Below are positions 10,058 to 20,972 of a DNA stretch of 63,940 nt, piece after piece; position 1 is the stretch's first letter, and each line of letters begins with the position of its first letter. The notes under the pieces were generated by a model. That model saw nothing but the letters and a program-made list of their open reading frames with translations. It searched no databases and was not told the origin of the DNA. The translations under genes and the position numbers were made by a program. Source of the DNA: an uncultured Candidatus Saccharibacteria bacterium. Its GTDB lineage: Bacteria; Patescibacteriota; Minisyncoccia; Phycocordibacterales; PALSA-1337. The stretch is from NCBI GenBank assembly GCA_964542675.1, contig CAZIUH010000001.1:1-63940 (forward strand), in the 5' to 3' direction.

Positions 10058-11703
10058 TTCCGATTTATTTGCAAGAATGAGTCGGGAAGGACTAGGATTG
10101 TTATGGTGAAATGTTAAACAAAGAATTAGAATCAACGCGGAAAAATGTAAGACGCTGCCTATCTACGCAGACAAAAAAGTAGATGTCCTAAAATATCTGA
10201 CTATATGCTGGGAAGTCCGAGTATATTCAAGTACCCCGATGTTACATCGGGGTGATAATCTTGAATTGCGGATAATCAGCAGGAAAGACTACAATATCCA
10301 ATGGAGGAAATATGAAAAAGCACAAACAAAATAAGAAAAATGAAAAGGGAACGTCACGAAGAAAACATCTGGTACCATATGCAAGACGAGAAGATTTTAA
10401 AGATAATCCCGATGCTCAAAGAGTATGGGATTATCTTGTAGGATCGTTTTAAGATGCTTCGCTTTTCTTTTTTATGGGTGAGAAAATAACTCACCCCTTC
10501 CATTGGGTATTGTAGAATCCTCAGAAACCAAACGTCAGGTTCATAATTAATTAAGAAGATAATTATGAGAAGATAGAGTTCGTTCTCACGAGCGATCGTG
10601 AGCTAACAAAAATAGCGCAATTCCTAGAAGACTGGGACCATAAGAAGTGATTCTTATGGAAAACTTGGCTATATGCGGGAAAATCCGGTTGTATTTGGAG
10701 CTACTCGTGAGATAATATGTCCCATGAGTAAAAATGCTTCCAATGATTTTGATCTAGTTTCAAAGACTGATCGAATACCGGACAATCCGCAGGAAATGTT
10801 GAAAAACAATTTCTATTTTTCGGGGCTTATTGCCGCCGAAATGTCATGTTCAATTATCAAAGCAACAAATAAAAAACCATATGACCATTATTATATGGTC
10901 GATCTGACAGTTACAAATGCCGATCGAAGACTTCTCGATGAAGTCAATCGCGTGGTCCTGAATAATCGAGGAGTTATATCCCCGGTTAAAGGTGCATATA
11001 ATCTTTCAGCTCGAGGTAAAAGTAAGGTGCGAACGGTACTTAATTTTCTAGAAATGTATCCAATCCCTATGGGCGATTTTGCAAAGAATCGCATTATTCT
11101 TTTGAAAACTGCTCTTGTGTACCTAGAAAGTCACAGGGCTCATAAATTTCAGAGGGGGAAAACTGTAGAGATGGAGAAATTGCGAAGGAAATTACGAGAT
11201 ATTAAAACCAAAGGGATTGTAGATCAACAGTTTGATTCACTTTCTCTGGATAATGAATCTCTCGGTTACTTTATAGCGGGAGTGATTGATGGAGAAGGCT
11301 CTTTCGGACATAAGTCTTCAGGACTTGTAAAAGAACCATTCTTCATGATTGCTATGAAAGACAAAAAGATAATTGACTTGATAAGTAAATTTGTGAATTA
11401 TGGAAACGTTAGATTGAGGAAAGATGGTGTATACCATCTTGAAATAAACAGACGAACTATACTCAAAAGAGTATGTGAGATGTTTCTCAATCAGTACCCA
11501 TTACGTCATAAAAGACAAAGAAAGAGATTGATGTTACTTCAACAGCTCCTCAACGACTACACGCCAAGATCTCTAGATCCTTTGGATTTAGAGAATGTGA
11601 TATAGTCTGAACTGCATGGCGACATGCAGAGTTCGGCTCGCGCCGAATCGCTTGCAAATGTTCGTATAGATTTTTGCAAGTCATGCCCAACTCGGGTATA
11701 AGT
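10058..11703 (+). mobile_element. group-I-like intron in 23S domain IV (after ...cctaaggt), boundaries +/-20 nt
   Basis: 23S collinearity breaks after cctaaggt and resumes at (a)acagattgtgtcgggtaagttccgac. Contains atatgctgggaag...gataatcagcaggaaag, also seen in the first 16S intron, plus a LAGLIDADG ORF. Confidence 0.7.
10673..11605 (+). CDS. LAGLIDADG homing endonuclease (double motif)
   Basis: FYFSGLIAAEMSCSI and LGYFIAGVIDGEGSF motifs. Located inside the 23S intron. Confidence 0.8.
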   Translation: MRENPVVFGATREIICPMSKNASNDFDLVSKTDRIPDNPQEMLKNNFYFSGLIAAEMSCSIIKATNKKPYDHYYMVDLTVTNADRRLLDEVNRVVLNNRGVISPVKGAYNLSARGKSKVRTVLNFLEMYPIPMGDFAKNRIILLKTALVYLESHRAHKFQRGKTVEMEKLRRKLRDIKTKGIVDQQFDSLSLDNESLGYFIAGVIDGEGSFGHKSSGLVKEPFFMIAMKDKKIIDLISKFVNYGNVRLRKDGVYHLEINRRTILKRVCEMFLNQYPLRHKRQRKRLMLLQQLLNDYTPRSLDPLDLENVI

Positions 11704-12272
11704 AACAGATTGTGTCGGGTAAGTTCCGACGCGTTGAATAGTGTAATGACTGGAGAACTGTCTCGGAGACCAGCTCGGTGAAAATACAATACCGGTGAAG
11801 ATGCCGGTTACCTGCAGTTAGACGAAAAGACCCTAGAAGCTTTACTGTAATTTGATATTGACTATACGTTTTTGATGCGTAGCGTAGACGGTAGGATTTG
11901 AAGCGTCTCTCTCGGGGGGCGTGGATCCGACGATGAAACACCGTTCTTCAAGTATGTATATTCTAACCTCGGGGTATAAACCTCGGGAGACAGTATCTGA
12001 TGGACAGTTTTAGTGGGGCGCTATCCTCCTAAAGAGTAACGGAGGAGCCTATTAAGTTCAGCTAGCCGCGAATGGAAACCGTGGCGATAGTGTATGGGCA
12101 CAAGCTGGATTGACTGCAAGACATACGTGTCGAGCAGATGCGAAAGCAGAGCCAAGTGAACCGACCGTTCGCATTAGATGCGGCGGAAGATTATCGGACA
12201 AAAGCTACTCTAGGGATAACAGGCTAGTTCCGCCTAAGCGTTCATAGCGACGGCGGAGTTCGGCACCTCGAT

Positions 12273-13202
12273 AGACATAGCCGTATGTTGAGGTTATAAA
12301 TCAGCTCATAACGGAGAAAGCCATGATATAATTCGCGTTATATGATGGTCAACACCGTGGGAAGTTATGAAAATAAACATTGGACTAGGGAATGGTCAGT
12401 CTTTAAGAATGAAGTTGATGTCTCTGTTCTCACTCCTATCCAGCAATCAATCCTGATTGGATCAATGCTTGGTGATGGAACAATGAGAATAGGCAAAAGA
12501 GCAATTCATGCAAATTTTAAAGTTGATCATGGTCTCAAGCAGAAAGAGTATGTATTCTGGAAGTACGAGATTCTCAAGAATTTCGTGACTACTCCACCAA
12601 AACTTAGCTACCGTACCCGTGCAAACGGGGAAAAGTATGAGAAGTCGTGGTGGTTTAGGACAATACGTCATCCGTTATTAACGGATCTGTATTATGAATA
12701 CTATACAACCGAAGGATACAGATGTGGAACAAAGGTTGTTCCTATCAGTCTCTATAATTCAATAGATCCGACTGCAATCGCAGTATGGATAATGGATGAC
12801 GGTTCGTATAACCAAAGGAAGCTTGATATCAGCACCTACTCCTTTTCTCTACTAGAAGTTGAGTTTCTTTGCGCTATCTTGCGAAAGAGATTTAATATTC
12901 TCATGTCTTATTATAAAGACAGAGATAAAGGGTATCGTATGTATACGAATATATCCGAAACCAAAAGTCTTGTAGACCTGATCAAACCATATATCATTCC
13001 AACAATGATGTATAAAACAGGAATAATTGTAACCCCGTAACGACTGGATTCACCTACATTGAAGATGTGTGGTGATGAAGATAGAGGACTAACATTCTCT
13101 ATAACACGCTGGTATTTTAGGAGGTTCCTTAAAATAAAGGTATAGTCTACTCCATTAGTAATAATGGCAATATGTACAATTTGTAACATATATAAGCAAG
13201 TG
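12273..13202 (+). mobile_element. intron in 23S domain V (between ggcacctcgat and gtcggctcac)
   Basis: Exact break in a universally conserved 23S block. Carries a LAGLIDADG ORF. Confidence 0.8.
12342..13040 (+). CDS. LAGLIDADG homing endonuclease
   Basis: ILIGSMLGDGTM and AIAVWIMDDGSY motifs. Confidence 0.8.
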   Translation: MMVNTVGSYENKHWTREWSVFKNEVDVSVLTPIQQSILIGSMLGDGTMRIGKRAIHANFKVDHGLKQKEYVFWKYEILKNFVTTPPKLSYRTRANGEKYEKSWWFRTIRHPLLTDLYYEYYTTEGYRCGTKVVPISLYNSIDPTAIAVWIMDDGSYNQRKLDISTYSFSLLEVEFLCAILRKRFNILMSYYKDRDKGYRMYTNISETKSLVDLIKPYIIPTMMYKTGIIVTP

Positions 13203-13259
13203 GTCGGCTCACCACATCCCGGGGGTGGAGAAGCTCCCAAGGGTTTGGCTGTTCGCCAA

Positions 13260-13293
<34 letters not shown>

Positions 13294-13742
13294 AGCATTC
13301 AATAGAATGCGTGATGGTTGAGGAACATATCGAAAATATGTGTGAAGCAACATTGACTGCAAGATTGAATATTTGACAGTCTGAATCACTTCGAGAGAAT
13401 AAAAATTTCGTTTATTGTGACAAGCGAGGAGCGTGCAAGAATTTATTCTTGCGACGTCCGAGCGAAGTCAAAATATGGGTTCATACCCATATATCAATAG
13501 AAAGGAATGAACAATCTAATCACGGCGGTCAGAATTGATTTCAATCAGTTCTGAACAAATCGATTAATATCGGTGGAATCCAACTTAAAAGGGATAATAC
13601 CGAGGGAAGTGGAGAACTTGGAATCAAATTCAAGATTGAAACACCCGTAGAGACTAAACATCGATAGTCCCACTACGCTCCTTCGGAGCTACGCGGGATG
13701 AAGCTATAGTCCATTGCACGGAGTAATTCGTGGTAACAAGCG
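13294..13742 (+). mobile_element. ORF-less group-I-like intron in 23S domain V (between gaccgtcg and tgagacag)
   Basis: 449-nt interruption of ...gggttcagaccgtcg|tgagacaggttgg. The cg at the junction is ambiguous by 2 nt. Contains gtagagactaaa...gctatagtcc, a typical group I P7-region pair. Confidence 0.7.
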
Positions 13743-14110
13743 TGAGACAGGTTGGTCTCCTATCTACTGCAGGCGTTGATACTTGAGGGGATTTGACTTT
13801 AGTACGAGAGGACCGAGTTGAACGAACCTCTGGTCTACCTGCTGTCGTGCCAACGGCACCGCAGGGCAGCTAAGTTCGGATCGGATAAGCGCTGAAAGCA
13901 TATAAGCGCGAAGCCGGCCCCAAGATTAGGTATCGTTCGAGACCCGTGAGAGATGATCACGTTGATAGGCTTTAGGTGTACGCACCGCAAGGTGTTGAGC
14001 CATGAAGTACTAATCCGTCGATCCCGTTAGGAACTCTGTGAGTCGCTTGCACACCGCATTATTTGCGCTTAATTTGAGATATGAGTACACAAGGGATTCT
14101 TGAATCCTGT

Positions 14111-14221
14111 GTTCTGGTGATTTGGCGCTGTGGCACCACCCGTTCTCATTCCGAACACGGCAGTGAAACGCAGTTGCGGCGATGATAGTCCTTCGGGGCG
14201 AAAGTAGCTTGTCGCCAGAAC
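14111..14221 (+). rRNA. rrf: 5S rRNA
   Basis: gttctggtg...ccgaacacggcagtgaaacg...cgccagaac. Terminal helix and loop-A/helix-IV motifs are present. Confidence 0.9.
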
Positions 14222-14289
14222 ATAGTATTCAAGCAAAAAATATGCGATAATTGAACTGTCGCAGTTTTATTCGTATATTATCTACTAAT

Positions 14290-15165
14290 ATGGAACCAAA
14301 TAACCCAATTTTACCAACAGTTCGTCTAGCTGGTCCTGTCATCTTACTTTCTTCAGCGTGGAGTTTATTCAAAGCTCATTGGAAAGTCCTAGTTTCAATA
14401 ACTGTTATACCAGCTATATGTACATTGATTGCTCAGATATCAATAATCATAGGCGGTTCTTTACTCGCTATTATCTCGGTAGTACTGATCTTCATATCAA
14501 TGATCTTATCTATGGCAATGCAAGGAGCTTTGGTCAGTACTATACAAAAACTCGCAACAAATTCATCGGAGATTATAGGCATAAAAGAACAATACAAATT
14601 TGGTTTTAGTCTTTTCTGGTCTTTTGTCTTCGTTGGCTTGCTTCAGGCGCTGGTCTTCATTGGCGCTAGCATATTATTCATCATTCCGGGTATTATCGTA
14701 GTTATCTATGTAAGTATGTACAGCTTTGCTCTATTTATAGAAGGTAAAAGGGGTTTTGTTGCACTTACTGAAAGTTATAGTCTCATAAAGGGTCGTTGGT
14801 GGGGTGTATTTGGGAGGAGTTTATTCATTGGCTTAGTCTCGATGATACTCTACTTTATTTTAGTCGGTATATTACTGATAATCACTTTAGTTTTCGGTTC
14901 TGGCAGTGAATCCGTTGTTTCAAATATTATTTCTACAATATTAAGTACCACATTGAGTGTTATTCTCGGCGCATTCTTGACTGTTTATATGTATAGACTC
15001 TATGAATCATTGAAAGCAACAAGGTCAGAGAATGTTTCGACAATTGCTTTCGGGCGTTGGCTCAAGTCTTTCGTGGGTATTGGTATAATAGTAATCGTTT
15101 TGTTTATTGGACTTGGTATATGGGTAGTATCTAGTCAAGGATTATCCAATTTATTGGTTCGCTAA
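14290..15165 (+). CDS. polytopic integral membrane protein, unknown function
   Basis: About 6-7 hydrophobic helices. ATG at 14290 is preferred over the TTG at 14251. Confidence 0.5.
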   Translation: MEPNNPILPTVRLAGPVILLSSAWSLFKAHWKVLVSITVIPAICTLIAQISIIIGGSLLAIISVVLIFISMILSMAMQGALVSTIQKLATNSSEIIGIKEQYKFGFSLFWSFVFVGLLQALVFIGASILFIIPGIIVVIYVSMYSFALFIEGKRGFVALTESYSLIKGRWWGVFGRSLFIGLVSMILYFILVGILLIITLVFGSGSESVVSNIISTILSTTLSVILGAFLTVYMYRLYESLKATRSENVSTIAFGRWLKSFVGIGIIVIVLFIGLGIWVVSSQGLSNLLVR

Positions 15166-15168
15166 ATT

Positions 15169-15924
15169 ATGTCTTCATGGTCTCAAAATAGGAAAATAAT
15201 GTATGGTGGCACAACAACTCTTATAATTGTTGCTATTCTTGTTATATTAGGCCTCAGGCTCTTCTATACTACCCCGACATGCTTCGACGGTAAAATGAAC
15301 GGTAATGAGATTGGTATCGACTGTGGTGGGTCATGTACGAAGCTGTGTCAGAATGCTTTCATGTCGCCAGTCGTGAATTGGACTCGGTTTGAGCAAGTTG
15401 CACCCCATCTCTACAATATCGCCGCTTATATAGTGAATCCGAATATTGATGGGGAGGCTCCCAATGTTCCATACCATGTTCAGATGTATGACAATCGTGG
15501 GGTTCTCATAACAGAATATGATGGCACGGTTACTTTGCCTCCGCACAGGAATGTTTTGGCTTTCCAAGGCGCTGTTAATATTCAAGAACGAATCCCGGCG
15601 AAAGTATTATTCGAGTTTACCGGAGCACCGAATTGGAAAAAACAAGGTGATCGACTGGTATCATTGCTCATAACAAATAAACAATATTCTGAAGACGAGA
15701 ACGGTTCATCGCTCATTGTTACATTGAAGAACTCCAGTGTTGAGTCACTCGGTCGAACTGCTGTATATGTAGTTCTATATGATAAAAATAGCAATGCTCT
15801 AGGGTTCTCGAAAACTATAATCGATGGTATAGATGCTGGTGCTACAGCGACGGCTCCATTCACATGGCCTGTCAGTCGTCAGGGTAAGGTTATTTCTATT
15901 GAAGTTTTGCCTGTGGTGGAATAA
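15169..15924 (+). CDS. membrane-anchored hypothetical protein
   Basis: N-terminal TM anchor (TTLIIVAILVILGLRLF) and a 4-nt gap to the upstream gene. Confidence 0.5.
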   Translation: MSSWSQNRKIMYGGTTTLIIVAILVILGLRLFYTTPTCFDGKMNGNEIGIDCGGSCTKLCQNAFMSPVVNWTRFEQVAPHLYNIAAYIVNPNIDGEAPNVPYHVQMYDNRGVLITEYDGTVTLPPHRNVLAFQGAVNIQERIPAKVLFEFTGAPNWKKQGDRLVSLLITNKQYSEDENGSSLIVTLKNSSVESLGRTAVYVVLYDKNSNALGFSKTIIDGIDAGATATAPFTWPVSRQGKVISIEVLPVVE

Positions 15925-15975
15925 GGTTGATTGGTATATAATTTCTTTATAGTATCTCTATAACTTATAATAATT

Positions 15976-18489
15976 ATGAAGAAAATATTATCATGTAATA
16001 AATTGATCCTCGTTTTATTTACACTTTTCATCTGCACTCAGAATGTTGTTGCGGCAGAACCTACCTCAATAACACAAGCATCAATTGCTCCTATAGTAAC
16101 ACCAACTACATCTCCAGTTAATACTGGGGATGTAGTCGTGGTTGCAACTGTGAACATATTCAATGCAAAGATAATCTCTCAAGCAGGGAACACATTCAAG
16201 GTATCTTTCGATATTTCGAATAGAGTAGGGGTGCAAGCCGGAGTAAAATATGCAATATCTTTAGTTAACTTGAAAGATGGAAGCAACATTGACACAAAGA
16301 TATATGATGAGACTTTGGCTTTGGGTGAGAACGAGACTATTCATAAAGAAGTCGTATACTCTGTGCCGGCTCATGTTGTGAGTGATATATACAAGGTTAT
16401 TTTAGAAAGCAAGAGTATTGGCGGTTTGCCTTTAGCGAATGTGTCTTTAGGAGAGGTGGCAGCGGAGGCGGCTTCGGAGGTTTCAACGGAAGATAGTGAA
16501 AAGAGTTTAGCTTCAGACGCTTCAATGTTTAAGGACATCCTGAAAAGTAATGATATAAGTCAAAACCTTGTTTTCGATAAAGCTGTTTACAAAGCAGGAG
16601 ACGTGGCACATCTGAAGATTTTTTGGACTTTTAGAGCGAATTCTTTAATAAAATCAAGTTCAACCTTCAGTACAAATTTCGATTCAGTTTTTGTTGAAGT
16701 TTCTGTTTCGAATAAGGACGGGGTTTCTTGTATCTTAAACCCTGTCTCTTTCAAATCAGATATCGGTTATGTGTCTGATCTTCCAATTCCTATAGAGTTT
16801 GATTGTGAGGGACCAGTGGTGAATGTTTCTCTGATTGAAGATATGGGTGATAATTTACGAGTTATATTGAGCACTCAGGAATACAGGGGTCAAGTTGTAC
16901 CTATATCAAGGCACACTCTCGATTTTCTCGATGGCACAACATTTCTTCTGCTAGTCTTGATAGTTGTCTTATTGATATTTGCAATTTTCCTGTCATATTC
17001 AATTAAAAAGAATGGGAAAAATACTGGAGGTAGAGTTTTGAATGTGTTACTTTTTTGTATTTTTTCGTCGGTATTTATGTTTTCATTAGCGGATACAGCA
17101 AAGGCTGATACAGCGTGTTTGATAATGAGGGGTGTAAACTTTGGATATTGTGCAAATTATAGTTTTAGTAATAGAGATTATACTTATGGTGAGACTGTAG
17201 TTCTGGATTCACCCACTTCTGGGGCGGAGAATTTCAACAGCTGTAACTGGTCATTTCTGAATAAGGGCTATGTTTGGGCTGCTGTTGACCAGTCGATAAG
17301 TAGTTATTACGAAAATTTTGCTGGAGGTGAAAGAAGGTCTTGGAACAATCTTGCAATAGGAACACATAATTTAAATATTGGTGTTGCGGTTTATACTTGT
17401 ATCTGGGAATGGAATGTGACAATACTTTTTGCTGCAGAACCGTTCATATCTATACCATTCAATGTTGTTCCTGTTGCTCCTATAACTCCGAAGACTCTTT
17501 CTGTGCAGATTTTTGGCACAGGTTCTGGTTCCGTAGTAAGTAGTCCGGTAGGGATCAATTGTTCATCAGCGACATGTACTAATGATTTTAATCCGAATGC
17601 AATGGTTACTCTTACAGCAAGTCCTTCAACAAATTCTAATTTCACTACTGGCTGGGGTGGAGCTTGTGCTGGTACAAATCCGACTTGCACGATTCTATTG
17701 GATATTTCTAGGTCAGTCACAGCAACGTTTACTAGAGAACCAGCCGTAACTGGAACATGTACTATCAATGGTAGTGATGAAACTACTGTAGATGTTGGGG
17801 AAACTGTGATATTTGAGGCTACTAACTTACTCAATGGTACATCTCCGTATAGTTACGTTTGGGATCCAGGTACAGACCGTGCTACTGGTGCACCAACAAT
17901 ATCTGTTGGGTATATAACAACGAAAGGACGATGGATACCGACATATGAGACTGGTGGTAGATATCGCAATGCTAGCGTTACTGTAACTGGTAAGAATGGT
18001 GCGACAGGAACGATTCCTTGTGGAACTGTTATTGTTTATGATCCAAATGCTATTCCACCTGAAGAGGGCGGTACCGAACCACCAGATGGAGATAGTGGGA
18101 TACCTCCTGGTGGAGGAACGAATCCGCCAGGTGGGGGAAGTTCGTCTAATGTTCCATTGTTGTGGTTTGAGGGAGGGGCTGAACCTACTAATAAACTAGA
18201 TACTAAGACAAAAAATGTAAGATTTGGAGAAAATGTAGTCGTAGAATTCGATACTGATGGACTAAGATGTGCTGGAGGTATTTATCCACTACCTTCTGGA
18301 CCAGTTTCAGACAACAGAGGTATGTGGATGTTGGACAGGGGGTCTGGAGATGGTACATTTACATTTACTTCTCTAGGTAAAAATACATATACGGCAAATC
18401 TAATGTGTAGTCCTTTGGAAGGAGATGGTTTTGTTCAAAGTAATAATATTATAATAAACGTTACGAAAAACTCTGCTCAAGAAATATAA
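15976..18489 (+). CDS. large secreted/membrane hypothetical protein (837 aa)
   Basis: Signal peptide and two internal TM segments (about residues 320-380). The C-terminal region is Thr/Gly/Pro-rich. Confidence 0.55.
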   Translation: MKKILSCNKLILVLFTLFICTQNVVAAEPTSITQASIAPIVTPTTSPVNTGDVVVVATVNIFNAKIISQAGNTFKVSFDISNRVGVQAGVKYAISLVNLKDGSNIDTKIYDETLALGENETIHKEVVYSVPAHVVSDIYKVILESKSIGGLPLANVSLGEVAAEAASEVSTEDSEKSLASDASMFKDILKSNDISQNLVFDKAVYKAGDVAHLKIFWTFRANSLIKSSSTFSTNFDSVFVEVSVSNKDGVSCILNPVSFKSDIGYVSDLPIPIEFDCEGPVVNVSLIEDMGDNLRVILSTQEYRGQVVPISRHTLDFLDGTTFLLLVLIVVLLIFAIFLSYSIKKNGKNTGGRVLNVLLFCIFSSVFMFSLADTAKADTACLIMRGVNFGYCANYSFSNRDYTYGETVVLDSPTSGAENFNSCNWSFLNKGYVWAAVDQSISSYYENFAGGERRSWNNLAIGTHNLNIGVAVYTCIWEWNVTILFAAEPFISIPFNVVPVAPITPKTLSVQIFGTGSGSVVSSPVGINCSSATCTNDFNPNAMVTLTASPSTNSNFTTGWGGACAGTNPTCTILLDISRSVTATFTREPAVTGTCTINGSDETTVDVGETVIFEATNLLNGTSPYSYVWDPGTDRATGAPTISVGYITTKGRWIPTYETGGRYRNASVTVTGKNGATGTIPCGTVIVYDPNAIPPEEGGTEPPDGDSGIPPGGGTNPPGGGSSSNVPLLWFEGGAEPTNKLDTKTKNVRFGENVVVEFDTDGLRCAGGIYPLPSGPVSDNRGMWMLDRGSGDGTFTFTSLGKNTYTANLMCSPLEGDGFVQSNNIIINVTKNSAQEI

Positions 18490-18516
18490 AAAATAGTTTT
18501 GATTCCATAAAAAATG

Positions 18517-18542
18517 GGGCCGACACAACTTGCTGTCGGCCC
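18517..18542. terminator. bidirectional terminator hairpin between convergent genes
   Basis: gggccgaca-caacttgc-tgtcggccc, flanked by an A run upstream. Confidence 0.6.
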
Positions 18543-18558
18543 TAGTAATATTTTGACA

Positions 18559-19557
18559 TCAGTACGGGTCACCATTCACAAGGATAACTTTGTATGATGC
18601 CATGTTATTCGTCATAGGAATGACGAACTCTCCTGATATCACATTACTCGAGTAATGTGCATAAGGAGAGATGAATGCAAAGGGACTCGAGTCAGTCCAA
18701 GACCTGTTGTTTGTGGACTGCTGCAATTTGAAACCTTGCCCGGGGTCACCACCTGAGACATACACAGCCAAAGTACTTGCGCTCCGTGCGTAATTTACTT
18801 TCACAGGCGTTTTGGGAAGAAGATTGCCGTCACCATCAAAAATTTGGAAGGTTGTTTTGGTGGTAACATACAGTTTGATCCAATATAGCCCTGTAGCTGT
18901 CGACGAATTTGTAGTCGCCCATGGCGGGAGATACATATAACCATCTGATCTGAGAATCTCCGTTTCAGGATACAGAGCTCCGTCATATATCCATCGAGGT
19001 TCAGGATTACCTTTCTCACCAACTTCCAGTCGCGCATGCTTCTGGTTTGGGATGTAATAGGGAAGTTCCGAACTCATTTGGGTTTTGAACCAAGACAAGT
19101 TGGGGACACCTAGAACACCGTTTATGTTGGTTGGGACTACACTTATATGTGAAGTGAAGAACACTGCTCGACTCCAGCTGGCATTTGTTACTAAGGCAGT
19201 TGAAATGACTACATCGAGGCCCCTCTCAACTTTCAAAGCCTTGTTCGTAGTGTTCAAAAGGCTGATAAGTTGATCGGATATTACGCTGGCTATCAAACCT
19301 TGATCAAGTTGTGTCTTATTCGTAAAAGGTTTGAGGATATAAGCAGTATTCGCATAGAAGTTGGTCAACTTATCATCTGTGTTATAGGCAGCAATGAAAA
19401 AATAGACCTGATCTACATGCGAAACTGCATTACTCTCCACAACCTGCAAGGTTCCGATGGAGAACGGAAACGAGCTGACTTGTCCTCCTGCTTTCACGGC
19501 AAAGAGGGCAACGAAAGCGACCAGTAAGATCGCTATGAGATGACGAGTCGTTTTCAT
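18559..19557 (-). CDS. secreted hypothetical protein
   Basis: Signal peptide MKTTRHLIAILLVAFVALFAVKAGG. No recognisable domain. Confidence 0.5.
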   Translation of the reverse strand: MKTTRHLIAILLVAFVALFAVKAGGQVSSFPFSIGTLQVVESNAVSHVDQVYFFIAAYNTDDKLTNFYANTAYILKPFTNKTQLDQGLIASVISDQLISLLNTTNKALKVERGLDVVISTALVTNASWSRAVFFTSHISVVPTNINGVLGVPNLSWFKTQMSSELPYYIPNQKHARLEVGEKGNPEPRWIYDGALYPETEILRSDGYMYLPPWATTNSSTATGLYWIKLYVTTKTTFQIFDGDGNLLPKTPVKVNYARSASTLAVYVSGGDPGQGFKLQQSTNNRSWTDSSPFAFISPYAHYSSNVISGEFVIPMTNNMASYKVILVNGDPY

Positions 19558-19805
19558 ACGACCCTCCTTTCATTGTTGTGCCAAGTGAGTTATCACAAGG
19601 CGGGTTAACACCAAATTGAGAATCGGCTTTGCATTCGTCTTGTCAACGAGCGAGAGCCTGTCTAGTTAATATGTATAGCATATCTAAATGGAAAAGTAAA
19701 GGGTAGCAATTAGAGTGCTAATTCACTTGTACCTGAGTTCAATATTTAATTACGATACTTTTCTATATTTCCATTCACACCCTCGTTATGGCACAATAGT
19801 GTGGT

Positions 19806-20924
19806 ATGTCGCGTCTGAAACAAATTGATTGGTGGTTATTCTTCGCAACCGTGCCGATACTCTCGGCGGGACTAATAACGATGCATTCTTTCACAGGGGA
19901 TAGTTCTTTTGCGATACATCAAGTTGTTTGGATTATTGCTTCGATCGCGGCCTTTTTCGGACTTAGCATGATCGATGTGAGGTTTTTACGATCAACATGG
20001 ATATCGGTAGTATTATTTGTTGTAACTGTATCATTACTCGCACTGCTAGCTATTCTCGGTGAAGCGACTCGTGGTTCTGTGAATTGGTTTTCATTCGGTT
20101 TCTTCTCATTCCAGCCATCCGATTTCGCGAAACTCGCACTCATCATCATTCTTGCGAAATATTTTTCTAGAAGGCATATAGAGATTGCCAATGTAAAACA
20201 TATATTAGTATCAGGTTTCTATGCCTTTGTATTCTTCATCTTGGTTCTCGCCAATCCAGATCTCGGTTCAGCTATGATGATATTCTTGATTTGGCTCGGC
20301 ATGGTCATGGTCTCCGGTATTTCGAAAAGGCATTTGTTCGGCATGTTCGGGATCGCTCTGATCGCGCTAGCACTTCTCTGGAATTTCGGCTTCAAAGAAT
20401 ACCAGAAGGATCGTATACGCAATTTCATATATCCACTTTCTGATATTCACGGTGCTGGTTATAACGCATATCAGTCTACAGTTGCTATAGGTTCAGGTGG
20501 TTTGCTCGGGAAAGGTGTTGGTTATGGTACCCAGTCGCGTCTGAAATTTCTGCCAGAATATCAAACAGATTTTATTTTCGCGGCCTTTGCGGAAGAATGG
20601 GGTTTCATCGGTATTCTCATCCTTCTTTCACTCTATGGAATTATTGTTTGGCGAATTATCATAAATTCAACGCGTGGAGCGAGTAATTTTGAAATCCTTT
20701 TTGGCGTTGGCGTGGCGGTTTTCTTTGTCGTGCATATCGCCATAAATATTGGGATGAATTTGAATCTTCTGCCTGTTACCGGCACGCCGCTGCCATTCAT
20801 GAGTTACGGCGGCACCCATATTCTCACGGAATTTACGCTTCTTGGCATACTTATGGCGATGCGCAAGAATGCCAGGCTGTCGCACAGGTCGGAGATGGCG
20901 AATGAGTTTATCGGACCGCAGTAG
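19806..20924 (+). CDS. SEDS-family peptidoglycan glycosyltransferase (FtsW/RodA)
   Basis: PSDFAKLALIIILAKYF, TDFIFAAFAEEWGFIG and LPVTGTPLPFMSYGGT motifs. Confidence 0.9.
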   Translation: MSRLKQIDWWLFFATVPILSAGLITMHSFTGDSSFAIHQVVWIIASIAAFFGLSMIDVRFLRSTWISVVLFVVTVSLLALLAILGEATRGSVNWFSFGFFSFQPSDFAKLALIIILAKYFSRRHIEIANVKHILVSGFYAFVFFILVLANPDLGSAMMIFLIWLGMVMVSGISKRHLFGMFGIALIALALLWNFGFKEYQKDRIRNFIYPLSDIHGAGYNAYQSTVAIGSGGLLGKGVGYGTQSRLKFLPEYQTDFIFAAFAEEWGFIGILILLSLYGIIVWRIIINSTRGASNFEILFGVGVAVFFVVHIAINIGMNLNLLPVTGTPLPFMSYGGTHILTEFTLLGILMAMRKNARLSHRSEMANEFIGPQ

Positions 20925-20972
20925 TACATAATCAACAATTCTCGTCAACCAACAAATTCATTGATTATTTGG